The notes beneath the pieces were generated by a model. It was not told the origin of the DNA. It saw only the letters and a list, made by a program, of their open reading frames with translations, and did not search any database. The position numbers and the translations under genes were made by a program. DNA of 64,000 nt from Bdellovibrionota bacterium (GTDB lineage: Bacteria > Bdellovibrionota_C > UBA2361 > JBGSMV01), in the NCBI GenBank assembly GCA_044356455.1, contig JBIKWF010000001.1, positions 64,001 through 128,000 on the forward strand, given 5' to 3'. Shown in pieces: positions 1 through 9,820 of this stretch. Position 1 is the stretch's first letter, and the number at the start of each line of letters is the position of its first letter.

Positions 1-413
1 GGAACCACAGGGGTGAGATCTTTGTTGAGGAAGGTAACGAGCGCCTCTACTACTTCTGGTCGCACCGCGCTCGCTCCAAGAGAGAGCGAATGCGCGCGCA
101 AAAACATAGCCGCGCGAACGACACTCTTGGGCAGCGCTTCACCGACACCGCTCGCATGGGAGCGGACCAAGTTAACCTGGAGCGCAGCAAGCTCGGCTTC
201 AGCAACAGGAATGTCTACGTTATGTCCAAAGCCGCGGTTAAAACCGTAGGCGGGCTCTGAAGTGGCCTTAAGATGGTTCATCACCTGTGCACGTCGCTTC
301 AATAGAACAGGGCGCGTGCGGGAGCTAGGGACTACCTTAGCTCCGTGGGCCGCAGCTACTACGTCCTTGATGCTAATCTTACGGCCAAAGCCGATGACAA
401 TTTTGGCTGGCAT
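1..413 (-). CDS. hutH: Histidine ammonia-lyase, N-terminal part (runs off window start)
   Basis: Manual translation from ATG at 413: MPAKIVIGFGRKISIKDVV...AYGFNRGFGHN...LQVNLVRSHASGVGEALP...VVRAAMFLRAHSLSLGASAVRPEVVE..TPVVP. This matches the HAL/PAL N-terminal motifs (YGxxxGFG, LQxNLxRSH). Lies next to hutUIG. Absent from the ORF track because it is truncated. Confidence 0.9.
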   Translation of the reverse strand, partial: MPAKIVIGFGRKISIKDVVAAAHGAKVVPSSRTRPVLLKRRAQVMNHLKATSEPAYGFNRGFGHNVDIPVAEAELAALQVNLVRSHASGVGEALPKSVVRAAMFLRAHSLSLGASAVRPEVVEALVTFLNKDLTPVV

Positions 414-422
414 ATTGAATAG

Positions 423-2330
423 TTACTCATCAACAAAAAGACCGAATTGCTCTGACTCGCCCAAGTCCTCGGTGTTCGGCCGTGCAACTCGCAAGACCGA
501 ATTATTCGAACTTTGAGAAGAGTACGCGTCGCTCTTATGACCAAGGTCGAAAAGTGCACCGAACGAAAAAACCCTGCTAATCTGGTAATGATATGAGTTC
601 TTGCCCGCGGCGCCTTGGGCTCCGCCTACCACATGAGTGCTAGCTGCGTTGTAATGGTCATTGCCGCTGAGGTCTAGCAATATCCCAAGCGACTGTTGAG
701 CAGCAGCTCCTTGACATAGCTCCTCACAGCGATAGCTATCGTCCCCACCCTTATCAATTAAAAATGCCACAGACTCATCCCATGGGCCAGCCTGCGATGA
801 TGAAGTCATTCCCCAATAAGCATCATTCCCTTCTTCATCGACAAGTATAGAAAGAGCTCGGTGGGCGCCGGCCGATTGCCCAAACCGGTTGGCGTAATAT
901 AGGTCGCTTCCGGAGTAGTCATGTAAAATGCCAAGACCCCAATAATATGCGCTTGCCTGAGTGAACTCTCCTCCTTCGTAGCGATCGTTCCCCGCAAAAT
1001 CATACATTCCGCCGATCCCTCCGGGAGCAAACTTTCGTATACCGAACCCGAACCCCTGGGACATGCCACTATAGACCCAATGATCGCCATACACGGATGG
1101 GTAATCTCTGCCGTTTGCGCGGTAGAGGTCTTGACCTTCGACATCAATCACTACGCCAAAACCTGAAGGGCCGCCTGCCCCTTGAGAGAATCGCTGCGCG
1201 ATGTATTGGTCATTGCCGGCCTGGTCGAGCAGAATCCCGGCCCCATACAAGGCCGAACCTTGCGCCCATCCCGCATATGAACCCGAATTCTCGTATCGGT
1301 CGTCTCCGGCTCTATCAATAACCATTCCGACGCCGAAGAGACCGGCCGCCATAGAAAATGGCTGCGTGGAGCTATAACGGTCGTTCCCCGACCTATCATC
1401 CACTAAGGAAAATCCGAACTGAGCGGCACCTGGGCCGCAGAAGGCGCTCTCACCCACGTAGTGGTCTTCTCCGGCGAGATCGAAAACTAAGTGGTTAGGG
1501 CATGGAGCTCCTGCGGGCGCAGAAAATCGGTAGGTATCATTTCCTCCAATATCAAGGACGGAGCTAATTCTGGACATGTCGTAGGAATTGTCGCCCGCCC
1601 CTCCGGCAACCGAAAACGTGCCGTCCGCTTGTGCATTGAAAAATAGGATCTCCCCAGTGACAGCATTCGCAAGGTCTTGGGGAAGTGTGGACATGAGCAG
1701 TGGCTCATTCTTAGCGTGACCAACAAGGAGCTGCCGCCGCTCTTTTATGTGCGTTTCTGCATTTAGGATATTCGTATTAATTTTTCGGCTTAAATCAGGA
1801 GCCGCGACTATAAAGGCAAGGTGCTTCACCAAATTTTCATCAGGTGGCGCGATGTTCCATAACAAGTCTTTCGCCAAAGACTGTGCAAATTCGAGTTCAT
1901 TTTGAGAGGCCATGTATTTCGGAGGGCCGTCTTTATCTCGAGCTTCTATTGGAATATGAAGTGCGAAGCCAATAAGTGCGAATAGTTTTGAAAGCTCTCC
2001 TGATTTGGCTTCTGACACCCTTTCAGCCAAGGCGCCCTCGGAGCGATTTAGGTTTAGTGGCTCAGTGAATCCACTTTCGATGGTAGGAAGAAGCTGAACA
2101 TCCTTGAAACTCTCAGGCACCCTCGCAAGGTGCGCTAGTATCTCAGCAAGTCCGCCTTTAGCGTCTCTGATGCCCGCGCTTTTTGCTTTCGCCAGAACCA
2201 GAGATTTCAATTCCTCACCTCTGGGGGGGCGCGAAGGATTCTGAGCAAAGGCGTGGAGCTCCCCGAAAAAAACGGCAACAATAGCGAAGATGGCAAGAGC
2301 GTCCCTGAGAAAACAACTGTGTGTCATCAT
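423..2330 (-). CDS. Secreted hypothetical protein with ~10 repeats of (hydrophobic)3-D-x-x-G-x-D-x-Y
   Basis: Signal-peptide-like N-terminus. Repeats include VLDIGGNDTY, VFDLAGEDHY, VDDRSGNDRY, VIDRAGDDRY, LLDQAGNDQY, VIDVEGQDLY, MYDFAGNDRY, LVDEEGNDAY, LIDKGGDDSY, LLDLSGNDHY. Confidence 0.8.
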   Translation of the reverse strand: MMTHSCFLRDALAIFAIVAVFFGELHAFAQNPSRPPRGEELKSLVLAKAKSAGIRDAKGGLAEILAHLARVPESFKDVQLLPTIESGFTEPLNLNRSEGALAERVSEAKSGELSKLFALIGFALHIPIEARDKDGPPKYMASQNELEFAQSLAKDLLWNIAPPDENLVKHLAFIVAAPDLSRKINTNILNAETHIKERRQLLVGHAKNEPLLMSTLPQDLANAVTGEILFFNAQADGTFSVAGGAGDNSYDMSRISSVLDIGGNDTYRFSAPAGAPCPNHLVFDLAGEDHYVGESAFCGPGAAQFGFSLVDDRSGNDRYSSTQPFSMAAGLFGVGMVIDRAGDDRYENSGSYAGWAQGSALYGAGILLDQAGNDQYIAQRFSQGAGGPSGFGVVIDVEGQDLYRANGRDYPSVYGDHWVYSGMSQGFGFGIRKFAPGGIGGMYDFAGNDRYEGGEFTQASAYYWGLGILHDYSGSDLYYANRFGQSAGAHRALSILVDEEGNDAYWGMTSSSQAGPWDESVAFLIDKGGDDSYRCEELCQGAAAQQSLGILLDLSGNDHYNAASTHVVGGAQGAAGKNSYHYQISRVFSFGALFDLGHKSDAYSSQSSNNSVLRVARPNTEDLGESEQFGLFVDE

Positions 2331-2461
2331 GCCTAAAACGCTAGTCGCAATCTGTTCGAGAGAAAAGCCTCAAAAAAGGCCAGACGCACTGCCTTTTCCA
2401 CATGCCGAATTCTAAAACTGTTGATAGGCTGGTACTGGAACAAATTCTTGGGTTTTGTTTT

Positions 2462-4135
2462 ATGCCACATGACGCTATTCGGGCCCCACGCGGCAGTGTC
2501 CTTTCCTGTAAGGGCTGGCACCAGGAAGCCGCCTTGCGCATGCTGATGAACAACCTTGATCCTGAGGTGGCAGAGCGCCCGCAGGACTTGGTGGTCTACG
2601 GTGGTTCCGGGAAGGCAGCCAGGAACTGGGATTGTTTTCATGTTATCTGTCAGACTCTGCGGCGCCTTGAGAATGACGAAACTCTTCTTATTCAGAGCGG
2701 AAAGCCGGTCGGAGTTTTTAAGACGCACGAGGAATCTCCTCGGGTTCTTATCGCGAACTCGAACCTCGTTCCGCGCTGGGCGACCTGGGAAGAGTTCAGA
2801 CGCCTTGAAGCATTAGGTCTCACCATGTACGGCCAAATGACGGCCGGCTCATGGATTTATATTGGATCTCAGGGAATTCTGCAGGGCACTTATGAGACCT
2901 TTGCAGAGTGTGCTCGCCAGCATTTTGGTGGATCTCTGGCGGGCCGACTCGTCTTTACCGGGGGGCTAGGGGGCATGGGGGGCGCGCAGCCCCTTGCAGC
3001 GACGCTCAACGGCGCAGCCTTCTTAGGCGTTGATGTTGATGCCTCGCGCATAGAGCGGCGCGTGGCGAGTGGTTATTGCGATCGCTTGGTGACCACGCTT
3101 GATGAGGCCCTTACTCTGGTGCTGAGCGCGAAAAAAGAAAAACGCGCCTTTTCCGTCGGGCTTGTTGGAAACGTTGCAGATGTTGCAGAGGAGCTCGTAC
3201 GCCGATCGATTGTTCCCGAGGTGGTAACCGACCAAACTTCGGCCCACGACTTGCGGCTTGGATATATTCCGTCGGGTTACTCACTCGCCGCAGCGGCTGA
3301 GTTTCGCAGCCGCGACGCAGCTGCGTACGAAAATGCGGTTTTGGATACCATGGAGAGGCACGTCCGGGCTCTTCTTGGCCTGAAGAAGCTAGGCGCGGTG
3401 GCCTTCGACTACGGAAATAATTTAAGGGGCCAAGTTGCCGACAAGCGGGGACTACAAGAGGCCTTTACTATCCCCGGCTTTGTGCCGGAGTACATTCGTC
3501 CTCTTTTTTGCCGTGGTTCTGGGCCCTTTCGCTGGGCAGCGCTTTCGGGGGATGCCGCGGATATTGCAGTCACGGACGCTGCCGTAAAAGAGACCTTTCC
3601 AAAGAATAAAAGTCTTGGGTTGTGGATTGATAAGGCGAGGGAGAAGGTGCAGTTCCAGGGGCTGCCCGCCCGTATCTGCTGGCTTGAATATGGTGAGCGA
3701 GCGGAGATGGGGCTCAAGTTCAATTGGCTTGTGAAGAAGGGCAAGGTAAAAGCCCCTATTGTTATTGGGCGTGACCATCTGGATACGGGATCGGTGGCAT
3801 CGCCAAATCGTGAAACGGAAGCGATGAAGGACGGATCGGATGCGATTGCAGACTGGCCACTTCTTAACGCGCTGCTTACCACCGCAGCAGGTGCAAGCTG
3901 GGTTTCTCTGCATCATGGAGGGGGAGTGGGAATAGGGTACTCCATGCATTCGGGAATGGTGGTGGTGGCCGAGGGCAGTGATGCAGCCGACCGGCGCTTG
4001 GCGCGGGTTCTTGCGGCTGATCCGGGTTCTGGAGTGATGCGGCATGCCGATGCGGGATATGAAACTGCGATAGCGACCGCCAGGGAGCGTTCAATTGATC
4101 TCCCCATGGTGCAGCGAGAGAGTAAAAAGCTATAG
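2462..4135 (+). CDS. hutU: Urocanate hydratase
   Basis: Motifs [59 protein letters not shown]. Start placed at ATG 2462 ([11 protein letters not shown]). Confidence 0.98.
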   Translation: MPHDAIRAPRGSVLSCKGWHQEAALRMLMNNLDPEVAERPQDLVVYGGSGKAARNWDCFHVICQTLRRLENDETLLIQSGKPVGVFKTHEESPRVLIANSNLVPRWATWEEFRRLEALGLTMYGQMTAGSWIYIGSQGILQGTYETFAECARQHFGGSLAGRLVFTGGLGGMGGAQPLAATLNGAAFLGVDVDASRIERRVASGYCDRLVTTLDEALTLVLSAKKEKRAFSVGLVGNVADVAEELVRRSIVPEVVTDQTSAHDLRLGYIPSGYSLAAAAEFRSRDAAAYENAVLDTMERHVRALLGLKKLGAVAFDYGNNLRGQVADKRGLQEAFTIPGFVPEYIRPLFCRGSGPFRWAALSGDAADIAVTDAAVKETFPKNKSLGLWIDKAREKVQFQGLPARICWLEYGERAEMGLKFNWLVKKGKVKAPIVIGRDHLDTGSVASPNRETEAMKDGSDAIADWPLLNALLTTAAGASWVSLHHGGGVGIGYSMHSGMVVVAEGSDAADRRLARVLAADPGSGVMRHADAGYETAIATARERSIDLPMVQRESKKL

Positions 4136-4216
4136 GCGTTCTTCGATTTGGCCCTTACCGTTTAGCTTGGTCCTCACAGTTTAGCTTTGCCCTCACGGGG
4201 GCTAAGGGATACACGT

Positions 4217-5443
4217 ATGGCAGTTCTTAGAAATATTGGGGTGCTTGCTACGGGGGCTACAGGAGGCGCTCAAAGTGAGCTTAGAGTTGTTCCGCACGCG
4301 GCTGTGGCGTGGGAAGGCGGACGTATTACGTGGGCCGGGCCTGAGCAGCATCTCCCCCGGGAATGTGCGCAGGGCGAAAGCTTTAATGCGAAAGGTGCTT
4401 TGGTTGTTCCGGGACTGGTGGACTGTCATACGCACTTGGCTTTTGCGGGTTGGCGAGCTGATGAGTTTGAACTTAAGGTTCGCGGCGCTTCGTATGCAGA
4501 AATCGCGAAGAAAGGCGGCGGCATTCTCTCTACAGTATCCAAGACGCGCGCGGTTCCTGCTCCCGAACTTGCTGAGCACTGTCGGCGCTATTTGCGTAAA
4601 AGTAGCGAGCTCGGAGTAACTACTCTCGAAGCAAAGAGTGGGTATGGGCTTAGCGCCGAGAGCGAACTTAAGATACTCGAAGTATACTCTGAGGTCGCGT
4701 CAGATTCGCTCCCTGCCGTTATTCCCACGGTGCTTGCGGCTCATGCCGTTCCGCTTGAGTTCCAAGGTCGTGCCGACGACTATGTGGCGCTGATAGCGAA
4801 TGAGTTAATTCCCGAGGTAGCAAAGCGCGGGCTTGCCAAGTTTTTAGACATCTTTGTTGAAGAGATTGCCTTTTCTAAGAATCAGGCACGTATTCTTGCA
4901 GAGGCGGGCAAACGTTCAGGGCTTTCGCTGAAGTTGCATGTTGACCAGCTCGGTGATGGCGGCGGGGCAGCGTTAGCGGCAGAGCTTGGAGCCGTTTCGG
5001 CCGATCACCTCGAGCACGCATCTCTTGAGGGGCTTCGCCTAATGAAGCAGCGTGGCGTCGTGGGCGTTCTTTTGCCCTTTGCCTGTCTCTATGCGAAGCA
5101 GCCGCCCCTTAAGGCGCGCCAGCTTCTTGATGAGGGCCATTTTTTCGCGGTGGCAACTGATTTTAATCCAGGTTCGGCTCCCTCATATCATCTCCCTCTC
5201 GCGCTAACTCTCGCTTGTACCATGTCTCAATTTACTCCAGCCGAAGCACTTAACGCCGGAACCTTAATCGCAGCAAGAGCGCTTGGACTTGAAGGAGAGG
5301 TAGGGTCTCTTGAGGTAGGAAAGCGGGCGGATATGGCTCTTATAGATGCGCCTTCCGTAAATGAGTGGCTTTATCAGATGCAGCCTAATGCGTGTGTGGG
5401 GACGATTCGCGGAGGAAATCTGATTTCGGGTAGTCTATTTTAG
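4217..5443 (+). CDS. hutI: Imidazolonepropionase
   Basis: PGLVDCHTHL, GGGILSTV, EAKSGYGL, SADHLE, ATDFNPGS amidohydrolase motifs; follows hutU. Confidence 0.96.
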   Translation: MAVLRNIGVLATGATGGAQSELRVVPHAAVAWEGGRITWAGPEQHLPRECAQGESFNAKGALVVPGLVDCHTHLAFAGWRADEFELKVRGASYAEIAKKGGGILSTVSKTRAVPAPELAEHCRRYLRKSSELGVTTLEAKSGYGLSAESELKILEVYSEVASDSLPAVIPTVLAAHAVPLEFQGRADDYVALIANELIPEVAKRGLAKFLDIFVEEIAFSKNQARILAEAGKRSGLSLKLHVDQLGDGGGAALAAELGAVSADHLEHASLEGLRLMKQRGVVGVLLPFACLYAKQPPLKARQLLDEGHFFAVATDFNPGSAPSYHLPLALTLACTMSQFTPAEALNAGTLIAARALGLEGEVGSLEVGKRADMALIDAPSVNEWLYQMQPNACVGTIRGGNLISGSLF

Positions 5444-5573
5444 GGAAGCTCTGAAAAACTCACCTCTGTGTACCTCTGAGTCCTCTGTGGTGAAATTTTC
5501 ATGAAGAAATTCACCACAGAGGACACGGAGGTACACAGAGGTGTCTTAAGAATGAAGGTTTTTCAGAGGTTCC
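5444..5573. mobile_element. MITE-like element, 130 bp: IS5-like 16-bp terminal inverted repeats around a 9-nt-periodic palindrome
   Basis: Left GGAAGCTCTGAAAAAC (5444-5459) vs right GTTTTTCAGAGGTTCC (5558-5573), 15/16 complementary. TTAG on both sides. Internal 34-bp arms 5461-5494 / 5510-5543 with 2 mismatches. Confidence 0.7.
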
Positions 5574-5614
5574 TTAGGAATCCCTTGGATTACCTCATGG
5601 CATGAGAAGCTGAT

Positions 5615-5669
5615 CCCTTCCTTAGTGTTCTTCGTGGTTGTTTTCCTAAACCGCTAAGAACACGAAGGG
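5615..5669. repeat. Imperfect hairpin of the 9-nt-periodic repeat family
   Basis: CTTAGTGTTCTTCGTGGTT ... AACCGCTAAGAACACGAAGGG; related to 31989 and 61333. Confidence 0.6.
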
Positions 5670-5704
5670 AGACTTTTTAGGGGGGCTATGTCTTGGAGCA
5701 AAAA

Positions 5705-6637
5705 ATGAAGTTTAACGTTAGTTCTTCTCTCTCTGATCCTAGGCTAGGGGCCCTGCTTTTAGGACAGGCGCCCGTTAAAGCAGCGCTTCTTGGCTTCCCC
5801 TATGATGAAGGCGTGCGCATCAACGGCGGGCGTATGGGGGCACGCCTTGCGCCGCGTGAAATTCGGCGGGCCTTGCATCGTCTTACTCCAGACTTCGAGA
5901 CGGGAGAGGCGTTTCTGGCTTGCCTGGCCTCGACGGAGGACCTTGGAGATCTGGCCTGCATCAATGACATCGTGCAGGATCAGCAGGCGCTCGCCGCAAG
6001 GGTTTCTGAGTGCCTTGAGAAGAACATTCTCCCGATAGTACTAGGAGGTGGGCACGAAACCTCCTATGGGCATTTTCTTGGCTACGCTCAATCGAAGCGC
6101 CACGTCTCTATTCTTAACTTTGACGCCCATCCTGACGTGAGGGAACGCCGGGAGGGGCTGCCTCATTCGGGGAGTTCCTTTCGTGATGCACTCCTTCATG
6201 AATCTGGGTGTTGCCGGTCTTATGCGGTAATGGGATTGCAGCCCCAGTCTTGTGCGGCTCAGCATCTCGCGTGGCTAGATGCAAAGGGTCAGAAGCGCGT
6301 CTGGGCAAAGGAGCTTACGGAATCTGTGGTTTCTCAAGCGTTCTCTCAGCTTTCCGGTCCAACTCTGGTGAGCATCGACATGGATGTGGTGGATCAAGCT
6401 TTTGCACCGGGAGTGAGCGCGCCAGCTTCTGGCGGAATCTCCCCCGCACTGCTTTTCCACATCGCGCATGAAGCCGGGAAGAACGCCCACGTCAGCTCAT
6501 TCGACATCGCCGAAGTTAACCCTAGTTTTGACCGGGACGATCAAACCTCGCGCCTCGCGGCGGTTGCTTTGTGGCATTTCTTTCGTGGGGTTGCGTCAAG
6601 GTTATTTGCTAAAGGGAGACCAGAAAGCGCGGAATAA
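5705..6637 (+). CDS. hutG: Formimidoylglutamase (arginase family)
   Basis: DEGVRINGGR, GGGHETSYGH, NFDAHPD, SIDMDVVD..APGVSAP motifs; hut context. Confidence 0.93.
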   Translation: MKFNVSSSLSDPRLGALLLGQAPVKAALLGFPYDEGVRINGGRMGARLAPREIRRALHRLTPDFETGEAFLACLASTEDLGDLACINDIVQDQQALAARVSECLEKNILPIVLGGGHETSYGHFLGYAQSKRHVSILNFDAHPDVRERREGLPHSGSSFRDALLHESGCCRSYAVMGLQPQSCAAQHLAWLDAKGQKRVWAKELTESVVSQAFSQLSGPTLVSIDMDVVDQAFAPGVSAPASGGISPALLFHIAHEAGKNAHVSSFDIAEVNPSFDRDDQTSRLAAVALWHFFRGVASRLFAKGRPESAE

Positions 6638-6712
6638 CCTTTGTTCCGCCCCGGCACAGTACCCTCAGAGTAAGCTTTTCTCGGCGGTGTTCGATATGTG
6701 CTATGGTACAGA

Positions 6713-7453
6713 TCACAGACCGCTGCTGATAGGCGATCCTGCGCGTTTCGCCCTACGCTTGACGTCAAAGCGCATTTGCAAGAGTTCTATCATCAGGGCA
6801 AATCCCATCGGCAGATAAATATAGCCTTTGGGAATCTTCGCGCCGAGGCCCTCTGCGAAAAGCGTTACGCCGATCGAGACCAGGAAGGCGAGCGCGAGAA
6901 TCTTCAGCGATGGCCGGGTCTGTACAAAATCGGCAATTGATTTGGAAAACGCAAGGACTGCGACAAACGAGATAAGTACCGACGCGTAGATAACGATAAG
7001 TTGTTCGGTAAGGCCAACCGCAGTGATAACGGCGTCGACCGAAAAAACCACATCGAGGAGGACAATCTGCGCAATGACTCCTCGCGCCGAGGCGCCAGCG
7101 ACTGTGCCGCTCACTTGCTCATCGAGCCCATACCGCTCGACAACATAGTGCATTTCCTTTACCGCCTTATAGAGCAAGAACAAGCCGCCACTTACAAGGA
7201 TTAGCTCTTTACCGGTAAGTCCCCAGAGAAGTGGAGTTTGAAGCTTCTGAATAACGCTAGCGCCCAAGAGGAACAGCAACCGGAAGCCTAGGGCTAAAAA
7301 AAGCCCGAGCTTTCGTGCCTGCTCGCGTTGGTGTTCGGGAAGGCGGGAAATGAGAATGGAAATCAGGAGGATGTTGTCGATCCCAAGTACCAGCTCAAGT
7401 CCAACCAGCAAAAAGAAAGTAGCCCATACGTGGGGGTCAGTAAGAAGTTCCAT
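6713..7453 (-). CDS. TerC-family membrane protein
   Basis: LELVLGIDN, GGLFLLYKA, DVVFSVDAVITAVG, PKGYIYLPMGF. Confidence 0.92.
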   Translation of the reverse strand: MELLTDPHVWATFFLLVGLELVLGIDNILLISILISRLPEHQREQARKLGLFLALGFRLLFLLGASVIQKLQTPLLWGLTGKELILVSGGLFLLYKAVKEMHYVVERYGLDEQVSGTVAGASARGVIAQIVLLDVVFSVDAVITAVGLTEQLIVIYASVLISFVAVLAFSKSIADFVQTRPSLKILALAFLVSIGVTLFAEGLGAKIPKGYIYLPMGFALMIELLQMRFDVKRRAKRAGSPISSGL

Positions 7454-7591
7454 GGAGGGAAAATAGAGGAATTAGGCCTCTGGCGCTAGAAGTTTGTTCG
7501 CTCTGATATTCGATTAAACCGATAGATTGGCCCCATAAATCGATTAAACACATGATGTCGTGGCATTTCCATCGTGGGCTCGCTGGAATGG

Positions 7592-9118
7592 TTATTTTCT
7601 CAACGGAAGTCGTAGGCAAGCCTCAGCACCCCCGTGCGGCAGATTCTCTAAGCTTACGCTCCCCGAATGCAGCTCAGCGATGGACCTGACGATGCTGAGC
7701 CCAAGGCCCGAGCTCTTGACGTTCGTTGAGGGACGAGGCAGCGAGAAAAAACGCTCGAAAACTTTCTCTTTGGCATACTCAGGGATGCCGGGGCCTTGAT
7801 CTTGAACCTTGATAACCGCTGAGCTTGCCCCGTGCGGCGTAGGTGAGGACAGGCTGAGCTCCACGTTACCGCCCTGAGGCGAAAACTCTATGGCATTTTT
7901 AATCAGATTTGAGATCGCTTGGCTAAGAAGAAGCTCATCGCCGAGAGTAGTGAGATCTTCACACTGAGAAAGGGTGAGCGTGACTCCCTTACTCTCGGCA
8001 TAGGCTTCCATACCTTCCATCGCACTTCGCATCAGTGCCTGGAGCTTGCACACGTGAGTAAAGGAGGGGCGTTCTCTACGTTCGAGGGAGGCGAGCTGCA
8101 GAAGCCTATCTACCAGGGACTGGAGGCGCCGCACCTCTGAAGTTATGTTCGAAAGAAATTTTTGCCTATTCTTCTCGTCAATGCTGTCCTCCGAGAGCAG
8201 CTCTGCTGCTCCGCGTATGGCAGAAAGCGGGCTTTTGATTTCGTGCGTGAGAGTTTGTACGTAGTGCTCGACATATTGCTTGCCCTCTAGTGCAACTCGC
8301 ATCTCCTCGAAGGCAAGAGCAAGTTCGCGCGCCTCTCGCCCCTCCACGTCGGGCGCGGCAGTGTGCTTCCCGTCTCTTACCCTTCGAGCGTAGTGCGTAA
8401 GCCGCCGCAAAGGGTTGGTTATCCACAATGAAAGTAGAAGTGTAAGAATGCTTAGGCACGCAAGTGCAATGAGGGCGCCTTTCCAAAGTTCGGAGGATAC
8501 CTTGGCGACGAGGCTATTGACGGAGCGAGATGGCTTCCCAACCGTGAGCACACCTCGGAGGACGCCCCCAGAAATAACGGGTGCGCCCACATACAGAACT
8601 GAGGAATCCCCATCGTGTTCGCTATCTCGAGAGGTGCGCGCCCCATATTCTCCGCGGAGCGTTTTGAGCACGTCGTTCCACTGAGAATAGTCCTGGCCGA
8701 CGGCGTCTGGGGCATGCGAGTGGAAAAGTACGATGCCGTGCTCGTCCACAAGGTACACGCGTAGGTCCACCTGATGCTTGAGGGTGTCGTAAATACGCGC
8801 GTTCACTTTGGTAGTGCGGAGGGCGCTTAGCGCGGAGTACCAGGGGCGGGTGGGCAGCTCCTCGGCAAGCAGAGCGTCCCCAGAAAGGGCGCTCGTTTTA
8901 GAGGGGGTCGTGGTATCCGTGATCGAAGGAGTGCCTTTTGCTGACGGAAAGTCGGAGGCGACAATAGAGGCCAAGGCATAAGCGATATCGACGAGGGGCT
9001 CCTCTACCGCTTCTCGGTAGCGCGGCTTTACCTGGTCTACGACCTTCCAGACAAAAGACGTCGTGGTAATGGTGACCGTAATGAGAAAGAGCAATGCAAT
9101 TCGAGTAGCAAGGCTCAT
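7592..9118 (-). CDS. creC: Sensor histidine kinase CreC
   Basis: VKPRYREAVEEPLVD, GQDYSQWNDVLKTLRGEYGART, LEGKQYVEHYVQTLTHEIKSPL, FERFFSLPRP are CreC-type segments; HAMP and HATPase domains. Confidence 0.9.
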   Translation of the reverse strand: MSLATRIALLFLITVTITTTSFVWKVVDQVKPRYREAVEEPLVDIAYALASIVASDFPSAKGTPSITDTTTPSKTSALSGDALLAEELPTRPWYSALSALRTTKVNARIYDTLKHQVDLRVYLVDEHGIVLFHSHAPDAVGQDYSQWNDVLKTLRGEYGARTSRDSEHDGDSSVLYVGAPVISGGVLRGVLTVGKPSRSVNSLVAKVSSELWKGALIALACLSILTLLLSLWITNPLRRLTHYARRVRDGKHTAAPDVEGREARELALAFEEMRVALEGKQYVEHYVQTLTHEIKSPLSAIRGAAELLSEDSIDEKNRQKFLSNITSEVRRLQSLVDRLLQLASLERRERPSFTHVCKLQALMRSAMEGMEAYAESKGVTLTLSQCEDLTTLGDELLLSQAISNLIKNAIEFSPQGGNVELSLSSPTPHGASSAVIKVQDQGPGIPEYAKEKVFERFFSLPRPSTNVKSSGLGLSIVRSIAELHSGSVSLENLPHGGAEACLRLPLRK

Positions 9119-9810
9119 TCTTTCTCCTTAAGCGAATAGCCTACGCCGCGGTGGGTTACGATAGGGTCTTCGCCTGGGCGAATGAGCTTAAGTTTGGCGC
9201 GAAGTGTTTTAATATGAGCGTCGACGGTGCGCTCCATGCTCGCCATGGGATCGTCCCATACAAGTTCCATGAGTCTGTCCCGTGAGTATACCCAGCCCGG
9301 GTGGGAGAGCAGAGTTTGGAGCAATTTAAACTCGTAGCGCGACAATTCGAGTGTCTGACCATGATATGAGATGGCATGTCTATTGGCGTCTACACTGAAC
9401 GCCTGCGGGGTTTGGGGTTCATTCTCGCCTTGAGTGAGTGGCGCCGCTCCTCCCGTACGCCTAAGAATTGCTTTCGCTCGGGCCACGAGCTCTCGAGGGC
9501 TAAACGGTTTTACGACATAATCATCGGCGCCAAGCTCGAGGCCTAGTACCCTGTCGATCTCATCTGCACGAGCGGTAAGAAAGAGAACCGGTAGCGAATA
9601 GGTAAGCTGCAGCTCCTTGTAGAGCTCAAAGCCGTTTTTGTCTGGCAAACCTACATCGATAATCGCCAGCACAAAGGATGTTTTCGCAAGACAGGCAAGA
9701 GCTTCTGCCGCGGTTGCGGCCCTCGTTACGCTAAATCCGTCGGTTGAGAACGCGTATTCCACGGTGTCCGCAATCGCGGGCTCATCCTCTACTATGAGAA
9801 GCGTTTTCAT
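9115..9810 (-). CDS. creB: OmpR-family response regulator CreB
   Basis: MKTLLIVEDEPAIADT..DVGLPD..LELGADDYVVKPFSPRELVAR..RTVDAHIKTLRAKL..THRGVGYSL. ATG at 9810; 4-nt overlap with creC. Confidence 0.9.
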   Translation of the reverse strand: MKTLLIVEDEPAIADTVEYAFSTDGFSVTRAATAAEALACLAKTSFVLAIIDVGLPDKNGFELYKELQLTYSLPVLFLTARADEIDRVLGLELGADDYVVKPFSPRELVARAKAILRRTGGAAPLTQGENEPQTPQAFSVDANRHAISYHGQTLELSRYEFKLLQTLLSHPGWVYSRDRLMELVWDDPMASMERTVDAHIKTLRAKLKLIRPGEDPIVTHRGVGYSLKEKE

Positions 9811-9820
9811 GGGTTTTCGC

